Shown here: positions 10,630 through 22,000 of the stretch, in pieces
Layout of the letters: every line of letters starts with the position of its first letter
How positions within the stretch are numbered: the stretch's first letter is position 1
From: Alphaproteobacteria bacterium
Lineage (GTDB): Bacteria; Pseudomonadota; Alphaproteobacteria; RF32; CAG-239
Assembly: GCA_045537965.1 (NCBI GenBank)
Contig: JAZSQL010000054.1
Coordinates: 15,224 to 79,223 of the forward strand
Direction: 5' to 3'
DNA: 64,000 nucleotides
Notes under the pieces: model-generated
The model's database searches: none
The model's input: the letters and a program-made list of their open reading frames with translations, nothing else
What the model was told of the DNA's origin: nothing
Position numbers and translations under genes: made by a program

Positions 10630-12720
10630 TTAAAATAACCCCAACACCCCTTGTGTAGATTGCGACGCTAACGACAAAGAATTAATTGCCAATTGTTGTC
10701 GTGTCTGTAACATTAAATAATTTGCTGTTTCTTCATTAATATCTGCCAACACTAACTTATCAGCACCGATTTCTAAAATATCAATCAACGCATCTATAAA
10801 ATCTTGTCTTGTTTGAACAAGTTGAGACTTATTACCAAACATACACGAATATTCTCTCATCTTAGCAATCGCCTTTGTTAACTCATCAATAGATTTTTCA
10901 ACAGATTTTATATCATTCCAATTATTCATTTCAATTCCTAGAGCATTGTACCTAACATCTACCCCATTTATAACAATCTTATGCGAACGTATTTCATTGA
11001 GAGTTACTGTTAATGCATCACCATAAAGTAAATTTATCCCTTGATATGAAGTATCCTTAATTAATCTATTATATTCTGTTAAAATATCATGATACTGCTT
11101 ATCATATAAAACTCCACCATCATCATGTTCTCTAACAATAACACTTCCTCCTTTCCCCACATAACCATCAACATCAGGAATATCAATAATATTAGTACGC
11201 ATATAACCAGCTATAAAGTGATCAGTATATTTAAATAATCCACCATAAGGATCATCTGCATTAAAATTACCTTCCATATACTTACTACTAAATGTTAAAT
11301 CTTTAAGATTAACAATTTTAACAGAACCATCTGCATTTATATCACATATAATCCCCACAGCTACTTTACTTCCGTCATAATCATTTGCTGATCCCCATGT
11401 TTTATCTGTATACATAACATCACCTATTCTTGGAACAGAATCACTATTATTCAAAGACGAAGGAATAAAACAATTTTTTAAAAGCTTAAAACATCTAACT
11501 TGAGCACCTTCACTTAAACCATCATTACCACGGTAACCATTACTAACATTAAATACCCAAAAAGTACTACCTACTCCTTCAGAAGAAGACCAATAATAAT
11601 CTTGCATTTTTTCTGCAATATATGGATCTTTGTTTGCCAAAACATCTAATGCATCATTTATTAAGCGCATATTATTACCATCAGCACCGTCCGCACCACA
11701 AAGATCTCCATATATAACCGATGTATCAGTTCCGTACATTTCCATCAGTTCTCCCATAGCTGGTAAATACCATTCTCCTTGTCCAAACTCTCCTTCTTTA
11801 TTACCAACATAAAATTGATTTGCAGCACTAGCCAATAAAGCTATTTCCCCTATTTGATCAACAATAGCCTTAGTATAAATTTCTCCTTCATACAATAAAG
11901 CATCATCAGCACTGGCTAAACCTGTACCTAACACTTTAACATCAGCATTAATTTCATCTGTACTATCAATATTAAATAACGCTCCTTGCATCGCTAAAAT
12001 ACCATAACCACAGGCATCTGCATTGTTTATTTTTATCTTAGACGCATCAACAATTGTATCTTCACCCATAGCTACAATTGCAGAACTAATATAATTACTA
12101 CTAGATGTAAAATTAAGTTGCAAATTAGATATATTAACACCTTTTGCTAATGCCATAATACCAGCACCACTGCCTGAAATATCGTTAATTGTAATTGTAT
12201 GACCATTACCATCTATTACTACATTTTCTACATCAATTACCAAACTATCTATCAAATACAAATCATCAGCTAATACAACTTTTGCATCAACATTATTTAT
12301 AAGTGCATTTATTTCATCTACACTCATATCAGCAGTAATAACTGAATATCCTTCTTTTTCATACTCTACAATATCTTTAGTTATTAGATCAACCTCATCT
12401 AATTGTTTTGCTCTATAATATAACAACGCTTGCTCAGCAACAGTTTTTGCTTTTTCTAAAAAAGATATCCCTTCTTCAATACCAAGATTTGCAACTGAAA
12501 TTGTCTTAATAGTTTGCCCTATTGAATCTAATAATACATCCAAATCTTTCGCTCTATTAGTCAAAGAACGTGAAGAATAATAGCTCGATGCATTATCTAA
12601 CGCCGAACTAACCTTATTACCTGTAGATAAAGATTTTTGCGTCTTATCCAATTGTTCTTGAATCACTTTTAATGAGTGTAAATTAGACCGCATACTAAAA
12701 GTTAATGCTATTCTTTCCAT
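10630..12720 (-). CDS. Flagellin-like protein with a very large (~500 aa) central insert
   Basis: N-terminal region (SLSTGNKVSSALDNAS..SRSLTNRAKDLD) and C-terminal region (MFGNKSQLVQTRQDF...LMLQTRQQLAINSLSLASQSTQGVLGL) match the conserved flagellin N/C helical domains. The central region is Gly/Asp/Asn-rich and beta-helix-like (VIDGNGHTITINDISGSGAG). Confidence 0.55.
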   Translation of the reverse strand: MERIALTFSMRSNLHSLKVIQEQLDKTQKSLSTGNKVSSALDNASSYYSSRSLTNRAKDLDVLLDSIGQTIKTISVANLGIEEGISFLEKAKTVAEQALLYYRAKQLDEVDLITKDIVEYEKEGYSVITADMSVDEINALINNVDAKVVLADDLYLIDSLVIDVENVVIDGNGHTITINDISGSGAGIMALAKGVNISNLQLNFTSSSNYISSAIVAMGEDTIVDASKIKINNADACGYGILAMQGALFNIDSTDEINADVKVLGTGLASADDALLYEGEIYTKAIVDQIGEIALLASAANQFYVGNKEGEFGQGEWYLPAMGELMEMYGTDTSVIYGDLCGADGADGNNMRLINDALDVLANKDPYIAEKMQDYYWSSSEGVGSTFWVFNVSNGYRGNDGLSEGAQVRCFKLLKNCFIPSSLNNSDSVPRIGDVMYTDKTWGSANDYDGSKVAVGIICDINADGSVKIVNLKDLTFSSKYMEGNFNADDPYGGLFKYTDHFIAGYMRTNIIDIPDVDGYVGKGGSVIVREHDDGGVLYDKQYHDILTEYNRLIKDTSYQGINLLYGDALTVTLNEIRSHKIVINGVDVRYNALGIEMNNWNDIKSVEKSIDELTKAIAKMREYSCMFGNKSQLVQTRQDFIDALIDILEIGADKLVLADINEETANYLMLQTRQQLAINSLSLASQSTQGVLGLF

Positions 12721-12927
12721 ATTAAATTTCAGATATAATTTAAATACTCAATCAGTCTGAACATATCCTAAACAACATTTATCGTTAATTAGTTAGTTTC
12801 TTTTATCCACAATAACATCATAATACTACAAACAAAATATTATAATTTTTTACCAAAAAAATAAAATAAGCAAAAGAAAAGCCCCTCAATCAATACGATT
12901 GGGAGCTTTTTCTATTAAAGATTACAG

Positions 12928-13746
12928 TTATTCACCAATTTTATTACCTTCAGTATCATATTTTACTACTGTAGCATTACTTTGCAAAGATTTAATAATA
13001 TCTCCCATTGTCTTTTGTGCCAACATAGCCTTTAGCTGAGGTTCAATTTTTTCCAATGGCTGAGGTTTAGCATCTCTAATATCCTCAACCAAAATAACAT
13101 GATAACCAAATTGTGTTTTTACAGGTGTTTTAGTATACTGCCCTTTTTTCAAACTAAACGCTGCTTCTGCAAATTCTGGCACCATCATATCTTTAGTAAA
13201 ATAACCAAGTTCTGCAGGTTCTTTTGAATATTCCTTAGCTAATTTATCAAAACCACCTTCTTTTTGAAATTTAGCAATAACTTCTTTAGCTGTAGCTTCA
13301 TTTTTAACCAATATATGCTTAGCTTTAACCTCTTTTTCACCCTTAAAAGTATTTTTATAATCATCATAAAGTTTTTTAACAGCTTTATCATCTACTTTAG
13401 CTCTTACTTTTTTCTCTAAATAAATCTTGCGAGCTAATTCTTCTTTCAAACCTTTAAGTTGCTGTTTATATTCTGGTGTATCTTCAATTTTTTCTTTAGC
13501 AGCAGCCTGATAAACAATCTCGCCATCAACAAAAATATCTAATGTCTTAGCATAAAAATCATCAAATGACGTTTTTTCTTTAACAGCAGGATTCGCATCA
13601 TAAGCAACCTTAATATCTGCAACATTAATATTTTTACCATTAACAACTGCAGCTACACCATCTTTACCTGCAGCCAAAGCATTTGCAACTTGCAAAGTTG
13701 CCAAACCCATAACTACATAAGCCAAATATTTTTTATTCATTATCAC
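12928..13746 (-). CDS. Secreted parvulin-type peptidyl-prolyl cis-trans isomerase (PpiC/PrsA/SurA-like)
   Basis: Signal peptide plus PpiC domain (HILV...GGFDKLAKEYS...GYHVILVED). Confidence 0.85.
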   Translation of the reverse strand: MIMNKKYLAYVVMGLATLQVANALAAGKDGVAAVVNGKNINVADIKVAYDANPAVKEKTSFDDFYAKTLDIFVDGEIVYQAAAKEKIEDTPEYKQQLKGLKEELARKIYLEKKVRAKVDDKAVKKLYDDYKNTFKGEKEVKAKHILVKNEATAKEVIAKFQKEGGFDKLAKEYSKEPAELGYFTKDMMVPEFAEAAFSLKKGQYTKTPVKTQFGYHVILVEDIRDAKPQPLEKIEPQLKAMLAQKTMGDIIKSLQSNATVVKYDTEGNKIGE

Positions 13747-13924
13747 TTCTCCTAAAACAAAAAAACTTATTCAAAAGTTATATAATAAATTGATTAAAAT
13801 TTCCAAGATATTTTTTTATCAAGTTTATAACTTGGTACAACTCTTGACTCTACTAAATTAAAACACTAAGTATAGAATGTTAAACTATTGAATATAAAAC
13901 TTATAACCCAAGGATAATTAAATT

Positions 13925-16651
13925 ATGATAGGTAGTCTCGCTCGTAAGATTTTTGGTTCTGCAAATGATCGCTATATAAAAAAGCAACACAAAATTATTG
14001 AGAAGATAAACTCTCTTGAGCCAGAAATAGCAAAACTGAGTAATGACGAACTTCGTGCGAAAACCGATGAGTTTAGAAATCGTCTTACTCAAGGTGAAAA
14101 CCTTGATGACCTTTTACCTGAAGCTTTTGCAACAGTTCGCGAAGCTGCTAAACGTACTCTTGGTCAACGACACTATGATGTTCAGCTCATCGGCGGTATT
14201 GTTTTACATCACGGTCAAATTGCCGAAATGAAAACTGGTGAAGGAAAAACTCTCGTAGCAACATTAGCCGCCTATCTCAATGCCCTATCTGGTAAGGGTG
14301 TTCATATTGTTACTGTAAACGATTACCTTGCTAAACGTGATGCAGAATGGATGGGACAAGTTTATCGTTTCCTTGGTTTAACTGTAGATTATATAATCCA
14401 CGAAAAAGATGACGAAGCTCGTCGTGCAGCTTATAACTCTGATATTTTATATGGAACAAACAACGAATTAGGCTTTGACTATCTACGTGACAACATGAAG
14501 TTCCGTCGCTCTGATATGGTTCAACGTCCCTTCAATTATGCCATAGTTGACGAGGTTGATTCTATTTTAATTGATGAAGCTAGAACTCCTCTAATTATTT
14601 CTGGTGCTGCTGAAGATAGTTCTGAAAAATATATTCTAGTAAATAGAATAATTCCTCGCTTAAGCAACGATGATTACGAAAAAGATGAAAAAGCCCGCCA
14701 AGTTACTTTAACTGAAAAAGGGATGATTCATGTTGAAGAATTACTTAAAGAAGTAGGTCTAATCAATGAAGGCGGATTATATGATTTAGCTAACGTCAGT
14801 TTGGTTCATCACGTAAACCAAGCTCTTCGTGCTCACAAAATGCACACCCGTGATGTTGACTACATAGTCAAAGATGGCAAAGTTATGATTATTGATGAAT
14901 TTACTGGTCGAATGATGGAAGGACGCCGTTATTCTGATGGTTTACACCAAGCCATTGAAGCTAAAGAAGGAGTCAATATTCAATCTGAAAATCAAACTCT
15001 TGCTTCAATAACTTTCCAAAATTATTTCCGCCTCTATCCCAAACTTTCTGGTATGACTGGCACAGCTATGACTGAAGAAGCCGAATTTAACGATATTTAT
15101 AACTTGAGCTGTGTTGAAATACCAACCAATCGTCCTGTCCAACGTGAAGATTTGCACGATGAAATATATCGCACTGAAAAAGAAAAGTTTAATGCCATTA
15201 TTAAAACTATTGAAGAATGTCATAAAAAAGGACAACCAGTTTTAGTTGGTACTGCATCCATTGAAAAATCCGAACTAGTAGCTGACTTACTAGCAAAAAA
15301 TACCAATCTAAAATTTGAAGTATTAAATGCCCGCCACCACGAGCGCGAAGCCTATATTGTCGCTCAAGCAGGTGTTTCTGGAGCTATAACTATTGCCACC
15401 AATATGGCTGGTCGTGGTACCGATATCCAACTTGGCGGTAATGTAGATATGCGTGTTAAAGAAGCTCTCAAAGGTGATGAAACCGAAGAACAAATAGCCC
15501 TTTTACGCCAAAAAATAAAACAAGAAGTTGAAGCCGATAAAGAAAAAGTAAAAGCAGCAGGTGGCCTTTATATTTTAGGTACAGAACGTCATGAAAGTCG
15601 CCGTATTGATAACCAATTACGTGGACGTTCTGGTCGTCAAGGAGACCCTGGAACTTCAAAGTTCTTCTTATCATTAGAAGACGACTTAATGCGTATTTTT
15701 GGTTCTGAACGTATGAGTATCATGCTACAACGACTTGGGCTCCCTGAAGGTGAAGCGTTAGTTCATCCTTGGATTAGTAAAGCCTTAGAAAAAGCACAAC
15801 AAAAAGTAGAAGAACGCAACTTTGATATTCGTAAAAACTTGCTTAAATATGACAATGTCATGAATGAGCAACGCAAAGTAATCTACGAACAGCGCAAAGA
15901 ACTCATGGAAGCCGAAGAAGTATCTGATACTGTACTGGATATGTGTCATGAGCAAATCCGTAATACTATTTATAAAGATGTTGCTTATGGTTCATCGCCA
16001 AAAGAATGGAACAGTGAAGTTATCAAACAAGATCTTGCTCGTCTAACAGGGGTGTTGCTTCCTTTAGAAGAATGGATTAATGAACCAGAAATGGATGCTG
16101 AAAAACTAACCGAAAAAGTTATTGATGCTATAGATACACACCAACAGGCAAAAAATGCTAATGTTCCAACAGAAATTATCAAAATGGTTGAAAAATCTAT
16201 TTTGTTACAAGAGCTTGATGCGTTATGGAAAGATCACATTGCAACTCTTGATTATATGCGACATACAATAGTATTACGTGCTTACGGACAAAAAGATCCT
16301 CTCAATGAGTATAAAAAAGAGGCATTTAATCTATTTTCTGAAATGTTGAATCAATTAGGTGAAAAAGTTGCCTTTATTCTCATGCGTACAGTAATTCAGC
16401 AAAATTCAGCTGAAAATTTGGAAGAAAAAAATTCTCGTCAAGCTAAATTGCAAGCGGTTCATGAAAGTCCTGTTAATTTATTATCAGATAAAAAGGAAAC
16501 TTCTACAGAAACAGAAAAACAAACTCCTTTTGCTTATAGTAGGCAAGAAATTGACCCTAATAACCCAAATACTTGGGGAAAAGTTGCCCGCAACGATCTA
16601 TGTCCCTGTGGCAGTGGTAAAAAATATAAACACTGTCATGGTCAAGTCTAA
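13925..16651 (+). CDS. secA: Preprotein translocase ATPase SecA
   Basis: Full-length SecA with DEAD motor motifs and the C-terminal zinc finger [14 protein letters not shown]. Confidence 0.97.
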   Translation: MIGSLARKIFGSANDRYIKKQHKIIEKINSLEPEIAKLSNDELRAKTDEFRNRLTQGENLDDLLPEAFATVREAAKRTLGQRHYDVQLIGGIVLHHGQIAEMKTGEGKTLVATLAAYLNALSGKGVHIVTVNDYLAKRDAEWMGQVYRFLGLTVDYIIHEKDDEARRAAYNSDILYGTNNELGFDYLRDNMKFRRSDMVQRPFNYAIVDEVDSILIDEARTPLIISGAAEDSSEKYILVNRIIPRLSNDDYEKDEKARQVTLTEKGMIHVEELLKEVGLINEGGLYDLANVSLVHHVNQALRAHKMHTRDVDYIVKDGKVMIIDEFTGRMMEGRRYSDGLHQAIEAKEGVNIQSENQTLASITFQNYFRLYPKLSGMTGTAMTEEAEFNDIYNLSCVEIPTNRPVQREDLHDEIYRTEKEKFNAIIKTIEECHKKGQPVLVGTASIEKSELVADLLAKNTNLKFEVLNARHHEREAYIVAQAGVSGAITIATNMAGRGTDIQLGGNVDMRVKEALKGDETEEQIALLRQKIKQEVEADKEKVKAAGGLYILGTERHESRRIDNQLRGRSGRQGDPGTSKFFLSLEDDLMRIFGSERMSIMLQRLGLPEGEALVHPWISKALEKAQQKVEERNFDIRKNLLKYDNVMNEQRKVIYEQRKELMEAEEVSDTVLDMCHEQIRNTIYKDVAYGSSPKEWNSEVIKQDLARLTGVLLPLEEWINEPEMDAEKLTEKVIDAIDTHQQAKNANVPTEIIKMVEKSILLQELDALWKDHIATLDYMRHTIVLRAYGQKDPLNEYKKEAFNLFSEMLNQLGEKVAFILMRTVIQQNSAENLEEKNSRQAKLQAVHESPVNLLSDKKETSTETEKQTPFAYSRQEIDPNNPNTWGKVARNDLCPCGSGKKYKHCHGQV

Positions 16652-16693
16652 AAAAGGTCTCATTTGAGCCCTTTTTTAGTACAATCAAATACA

Positions 16694-17026
16694 TTAATTA
16701 ATTGTAGCTTTCAAAGCTTTAAGTTGTTCGGTCAACTTTTCGATACTAGCCTTAGCACTAGCAATAGCTTGTTTAGTCGCATCAGTATCTGCACTATCAG
16801 ATGATTGCCATTTAGCAATCTTATCCTTCAATTCAGCAATTTTTTCTTCAATTTTATTTTGAGCTTCTTCATTTTTAGCATCTTTTTTAGCTTGAGCTTC
16901 TTCAATTTTTGCTGAAGCTTTATCTGCTGCTGATTGAACTTTATTTGCCATAGATGCCAAATCAAATGCACTGGCATTCGAAGCAAACAAACCAACAGCT
17001 AAAAGAGCAATAAACTTTTTCATCAT
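16694..17026 (-). CDS. Small secreted Ala/Lys-rich coiled-coil protein
   Basis: Signal peptide MMKKFIALLAVGLFASNASA followed by heptad-like AKxxEAQ repeats. Confidence 0.5.
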   Translation of the reverse strand: MMKKFIALLAVGLFASNASAFDLASMANKVQSAADKASAKIEEAQAKKDAKNEEAQNKIEEKIAELKDKIAKWQSSDSADTDATKQAIASAKASIEKLTEQLKALKATIN

Positions 17027-17108
17027 TAATTCTCCTAAAAAAATAATTAAGACAAACTAACTGTAAAACCTAGACAAACCATATCGCAACATAAAATATT
17101 TTTTACAC

Positions 17109-17142
17109 AAAAAAAGCACGTCCCTTTTAAAAGGGCGTGCTT
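17109..17142 (-). terminator. Rho-independent terminator downstream of the flotillin gene
   Basis: On the minus strand, a GC-rich hairpin agcacgccctttt...aaaagggacgtgct followed by a T-run. Confidence 0.7.
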
Positions 17143-17163
17143 AGTAAAGTTTAGTTAATTAGA

Positions 17164-18564
17164 TTAGCCTAACTTAACGCCAAGCTTTTCCAACAACGCT
17201 TTACCTGCATCGGTTGCAGCAAAAGCCTCAAGAGCACCGGCCAAATTGGCTCCTCCCTTCGGAGTAAGCACATCGAGAGCCGAGCTAACGCCACCGGCAA
17301 CATCACCTGCGTTTGCGATGACCTTGATATCAGCGTGAGCCATGTTCTTAGCCTGCTCCAAGCCGACCTTCTCTGTAGCCTCGACTTTACGGATCTCAAT
17401 GAGATATTGCTGATAACCATCATTCTCACCGATCTCCTTAGCTAAAGAAGTCTGTGCAGTAACTGAAGCAAGCTGCATAGCCTCTTCAGCACCTGCCTTT
17501 GCCTTACCTTCAGCCTCGATACCTTCTGCATTCTTGGTAGCACGTACCAATGCAGCCTCAGCTTCAAGTTCAGCCTTCTTCTTGGCAGCCTCTGCATCAA
17601 TCTCAGTCTTACGACGATCAGCCTCAGCCTCTACGACCTTAGCATCACGAGCAATCTCTGCAGCACGGACGGTTTCAACCTTACGAACTTCCATATCTTT
17701 CTCCATAGTTACTTTCGCCTCTTCCTTAACCGCCTGCTCAGACTGCTGTTTAGCAATACCGACCTTTTTGTCTACCTCTGCTGCGCGAAGACCTACGACC
17801 TCATCTGCAGCTTTCTGCTTAAGGTCGATTTCCTGCTGTGCAGCAATCTCTGCCTCCTTAGCTTCCTGCTGGTTTTTAGCCACAGTAACGCGAGAATCTT
17901 TCTCGATTGCAGACTTCTTCTTCGCCATAATGTTAGAGATTACCTCTTCACCACGTGAGTCACGGATATCCATGAGCTCTATGGTCTTGATAGTCTCAAC
18001 ACCCCAGCTTGCGAGCTGCTGATTCACTTCCTTAGTGAACTCATCGCCGTACTTCGAACGCTCAACCATGATCTTCTCGAGATCATCCTGTGCAAGGATA
18101 GTACGAACAGCACCCTTCACTACATCAGCCAACTGCTTATGAAGCAAATCCATCGACGAAGCACGAGTAGCCGCCATCATGCAATCTTTAATATGGAAGA
18201 ACGCACGAATATCCACTACAAACGGAAGCTTCTCTTTGTCATATGCCTCATAGTCATCGACAGGAAGAACAAAGTTCTCAAGCGAAAGCTTCGTTACTGA
18301 AACTCCGATTGCAGGGACCCACTCAGGCCACTGATAATAAGAGCCCCCCTTACTACCGCCATACTCCATAGTAGTACTCCCCTTACGCACAACATGTGCC
18401 TCATTGGTCGATACCACTCGACGAAGGGAGAGGATCCACTTCAACAAGAAAACCAAAAGAATTACTGCAACGAAAGATGCACTTAAAATAATCCATGTAG
18501 CTGTTGTCATATAACTAAAATTTTGATTATAAACCAATATCCTTTGCAATTCCATTGCATTCAT
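17164..18564 (-). CDS. SPFH/band-7 flotillin-family membrane protein
   Basis: N-terminal TM helix, SPFH domain, and a long Ala/Glu/Lys-rich coiled-coil C-terminal region typical of bacterial flotillins (YqiK/FloA-like). Confidence 0.8.
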   Translation of the reverse strand: MNAMELQRILVYNQNFSYMTTATWIILSASFVAVILLVFLLKWILSLRRVVSTNEAHVVRKGSTTMEYGGSKGGSYYQWPEWVPAIGVSVTKLSLENFVLPVDDYEAYDKEKLPFVVDIRAFFHIKDCMMAATRASSMDLLHKQLADVVKGAVRTILAQDDLEKIMVERSKYGDEFTKEVNQQLASWGVETIKTIELMDIRDSRGEEVISNIMAKKKSAIEKDSRVTVAKNQQEAKEAEIAAQQEIDLKQKAADEVVGLRAAEVDKKVGIAKQQSEQAVKEEAKVTMEKDMEVRKVETVRAAEIARDAKVVEAEADRRKTEIDAEAAKKKAELEAEAALVRATKNAEGIEAEGKAKAGAEEAMQLASVTAQTSLAKEIGENDGYQQYLIEIRKVEATEKVGLEQAKNMAHADIKVIANAGDVAGGVSSALDVLTPKGGANLAGALEAFAATDAGKALLEKLGVKLG

Positions 18565-19084
18565 CTATTACCTTTGAACTTAACTTTGGTCCCCCGAACA
18601 CGTAGTTCTCTGCTATTTAGCAGTGGGCGTCTTGGATTAAAAGAACTTTCGCTCAAAACGTAAATTTCAAAAACACAATTTCCTGTACAAATTTCTTTGA
18701 TTTATTTATTATTAATAATAAAGAATTATCACTTAACATACATTTTAATTGTACCATATTTTTCAATGTATTGCAATTTTTTAATTTAACGCAAAAACAA
18801 CGTGTTGACAGAAACAGAGACTATTGAAATTAAATGTACCTTTAATTTCAATATTTTTTTAATCTACTGATAAATCAGATCTTATATTTAAATATTTTAC
18901 TCTTTCATTTTTTGCCTAAAAAAATCTCTAAAAAACCTAATTTTTTACTGGATTTTTAATATCTCAAATGCTATAAAGCGCTATAGAATTTGATTCTGTT
19001 TTATAATGGCCGGAAGATTAGGCATTAAATCGTCTAATTTGAGGGCCTCTTTTATTTTGTTAACGTTAACTTTAAGGATGAAAT

Positions 19085-22000
19085 ATGTCTGAAGTAAAGA
19101 TGAAAATGATGGATGGTAACGAAGCTGCTGCTTCTGTTGCTCACCGCATGAATGAAGTCTGCGTTATCTACCCAATTACTCCATCTTCTCCGATGGGTGA
19201 ATGGGCTGATGCGTGGTCTGCTGCCAAACAAAAAAACCTTTGGGGTGTAATTCCTGAGGTTCAAGAAATGCAATCAGAAGCAGGTGCTGCAGGTGCTTGT
19301 CATGGTTCTGTTCAAGCAGGTGCTTTAACCACAACCTTTACCGCTTCTCAAGGTTTGCTTTTGATGATTCCAAACATGTACAAAATTGCTGGCGAACTTA
19401 GTCCATTTGTTATGCATGTAGCTGCTCGTTCTTTGGCTTATCATGCATTGTCAATTTTTGGTGATCACTCTGACGTTATGTCTTGCCGTCAAACAGGTTT
19501 TGCAATGCTTGCATCAAACTCTGTTCAAGAAGCTCATGACTTTGCAGCAATTGCCCAAACTTCAACTTTGCGTTCTCGCGTTCCATTCATGCACTTCTTT
19601 GATGGTTTCCGTACTTCACACGAAATCAAAAAAATCAAATTGTTGTCTGATGATGATTTGCGTGCAATGTTAGAAGGTGTTGACTATACTTTCAACGCTA
19701 AAAATGCGCTTCGTCCAGAAGCTCCTGTTTTGCGTGGTACAGCTCAAAACCCTGACGTATTCTTCCAAGGTCGTGAAGCCTGCAACAAATTCTACAATGC
19801 TGTTGAAGGTATCGTTCAAGAAGAAATGGATAAATTTGCTAAAATTTCTGGTCGCAAATACAACGTTGTTGATTATGTTGGTCCAGAAGATGCTGAACAA
19901 GTCATTGTTATTATGGGTTCTGGTGCCGAAACAGTTGAAGAAGCAATAGCTTATTTAAATAATAATGGATACAAAGTTGGTCTTTTAAAAGTTCGCTTAT
20001 ATCGTCCATTCCCAGAAAAATCATTCTTAAAAGCTCTTCCAAAATCTGTCAAAGTTGTAAATGTTTTGGATAGAACAAAAGAGTCTGGCTCTATTGGTGA
20101 ACCTTTATACTTAGATGTAGTAGCAACCCTCACTCAAGCATTTGCTAATGGTGAAATAGCTAATATGCCTCGCGTATTTGGTGGTCGCTATGGCTTGTCT
20201 TCAAAAGAATTTACTCCTGGTATGGTTCGTGCTGTTTATGACAATGGTGCATCAATGAAACCTATTAATGGTTTTGCTGTTGGTATCAATGACGATGTTA
20301 ATAACACATCTCTACCATACAACGATGATATCGATACCGAAGGTAAAGACGTTATTCGTGCCGTATTCTATGGTTTGGGTGCTGATGGTACCGTTGGTGC
20401 TAACAAAAACTCAATCAAAATTATTGCTGAAGATGCAGGTAAATATGGTCAAGGTTATTTCGTTTACGATTCTCGTAAATCAGGTTCTATGACCACATCT
20501 CACCTACGTTTTTCCGACAACCCAATCAAAGCTGCATACTTAATTAACAAAGCAGATTTTGTTGCTTGTCACCAATTCCCTTTCATGGCAAAGGTTGACA
20601 TCTTAAAAATTGCTAAACCTGGTGCAACATTCTTGCTCAATGCTCCATATTCTGCTGATGAAGTATGGAACCATCTTCCACGTGAAGTTCAGCAAGAAAT
20701 TATTAGTAAAAAACTAGAATTCTACACAATTAATGCTGTAGAAGTAGCTCGTGAAACTGGAATGGGTCAACGCATTAACACAATCATGCAGGCTTGCTTC
20801 TTTGCGATTTCTAATATCCTACCAAAAGATGAAGCTATTGCCCAGATTAAAAATGCAATTAAAAAAACCTATTCCAAAAAAGGTGACGCTATTGTTCAAA
20901 AGAACTTTGTTGCTGTTGATGCTTCATTGGAACACTTACATAAAGTAAACTATCCAAATGAAGTTACATCGACATTTAATCGTTTACTTCCTGTTCCTGC
21001 TGATGCTCCTGAATTCATCCGTAAAGTTACAGGTGAAATCATCGCTGACCGTGGTAACGAACTTCCTGTTTCTGCTTTCAACGATGTTGTGGATGGTACA
21101 TGGCCAACAGGTACAACTCAGTTTGAAAAACGTTGTATTGCAACTGAAATACCTGTTTGGGATGCTGAAAGTTGTATCCAATGTGGTAAATGTTCTCTTG
21201 TTTGTCCTCATGGCGTTATCCGCATGAAAGTAGCTTCAGAGGCTGAACTAGCTTCTGCTCCAGCAACTTTGAAATCAGCTCCTTACAAAGGTAAAGAATT
21301 TGCAGATAAAAGATTTATTTTGCAAATTTCTCCTGAAGATTGTACAGGTTGTGGTATTTGTACGTCTGCTTGTCCAGCAAAGAACAAGGCAAATCCTGAA
21401 CTCAAAGCTATCAATATGGATCACATTGAAAACCATTTGGATGCTGAAAAAGCTAATTGGAAATTCTTTGAAACTTTACCATATGTAAAACGTACCGAAG
21501 TTGTTAAGAACTTGCCAAAGACAACCCAAATGATTCAACCTTTATTTGAATTCTCTGGCGCTTGTGCTGGTTGTGGTGAGACACCTTATGTAAAATTGTT
21601 GACTCAATTGTTCGGTGACCGCATGGTTGTTGCTAATGCAACAGGTTGTTCTTCAATTTACTCTGGTAACTTGCCTACAACTCCATATGCTAAAGATGAA
21701 AAAGGTCATGGTCCTGCTTGGGCTAACTCTTTATTTGAAGACAATGCCGAATTTGGTTTAGGAATGCGTTTTTCAATTGATCAACAAACATCTTTTGCTA
21801 AACAATTGTTAGAAGGCTTAAAAGATAAAGTTGGTGTAGAATTAACTGAAAAATTGTTAAACAATCCTCAATCAAATGATGTTGAAATTGATGAACAACG
21901 TGGTCTTGTTGCTGAATTGCGTACAAAATTGACAAGTATCAATTCCGCTGAAGCTAAACATCTTGATAAATTAGCTGACTACCTCATCAAAAAATCTGTA

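Noticed and set aside
17534-18022. 162-aa Ala/Ser-rich ORF on the plus strand
   Set aside because: It lies fully antisense inside the flotillin gene, in its GC-richer Ala/Glu/Lys coiled-coil region. It is a low-complexity translation with no start context, and looks like a typical shadow ORF.
19443-21488. Series of 60-90-aa ORFs on both strands within 19.4-21.5 kb
   Set aside because: All lie inside the well-supported 1186-aa PFOR gene. They are Leu/Lys/Phe-rich AT-codon artefacts.
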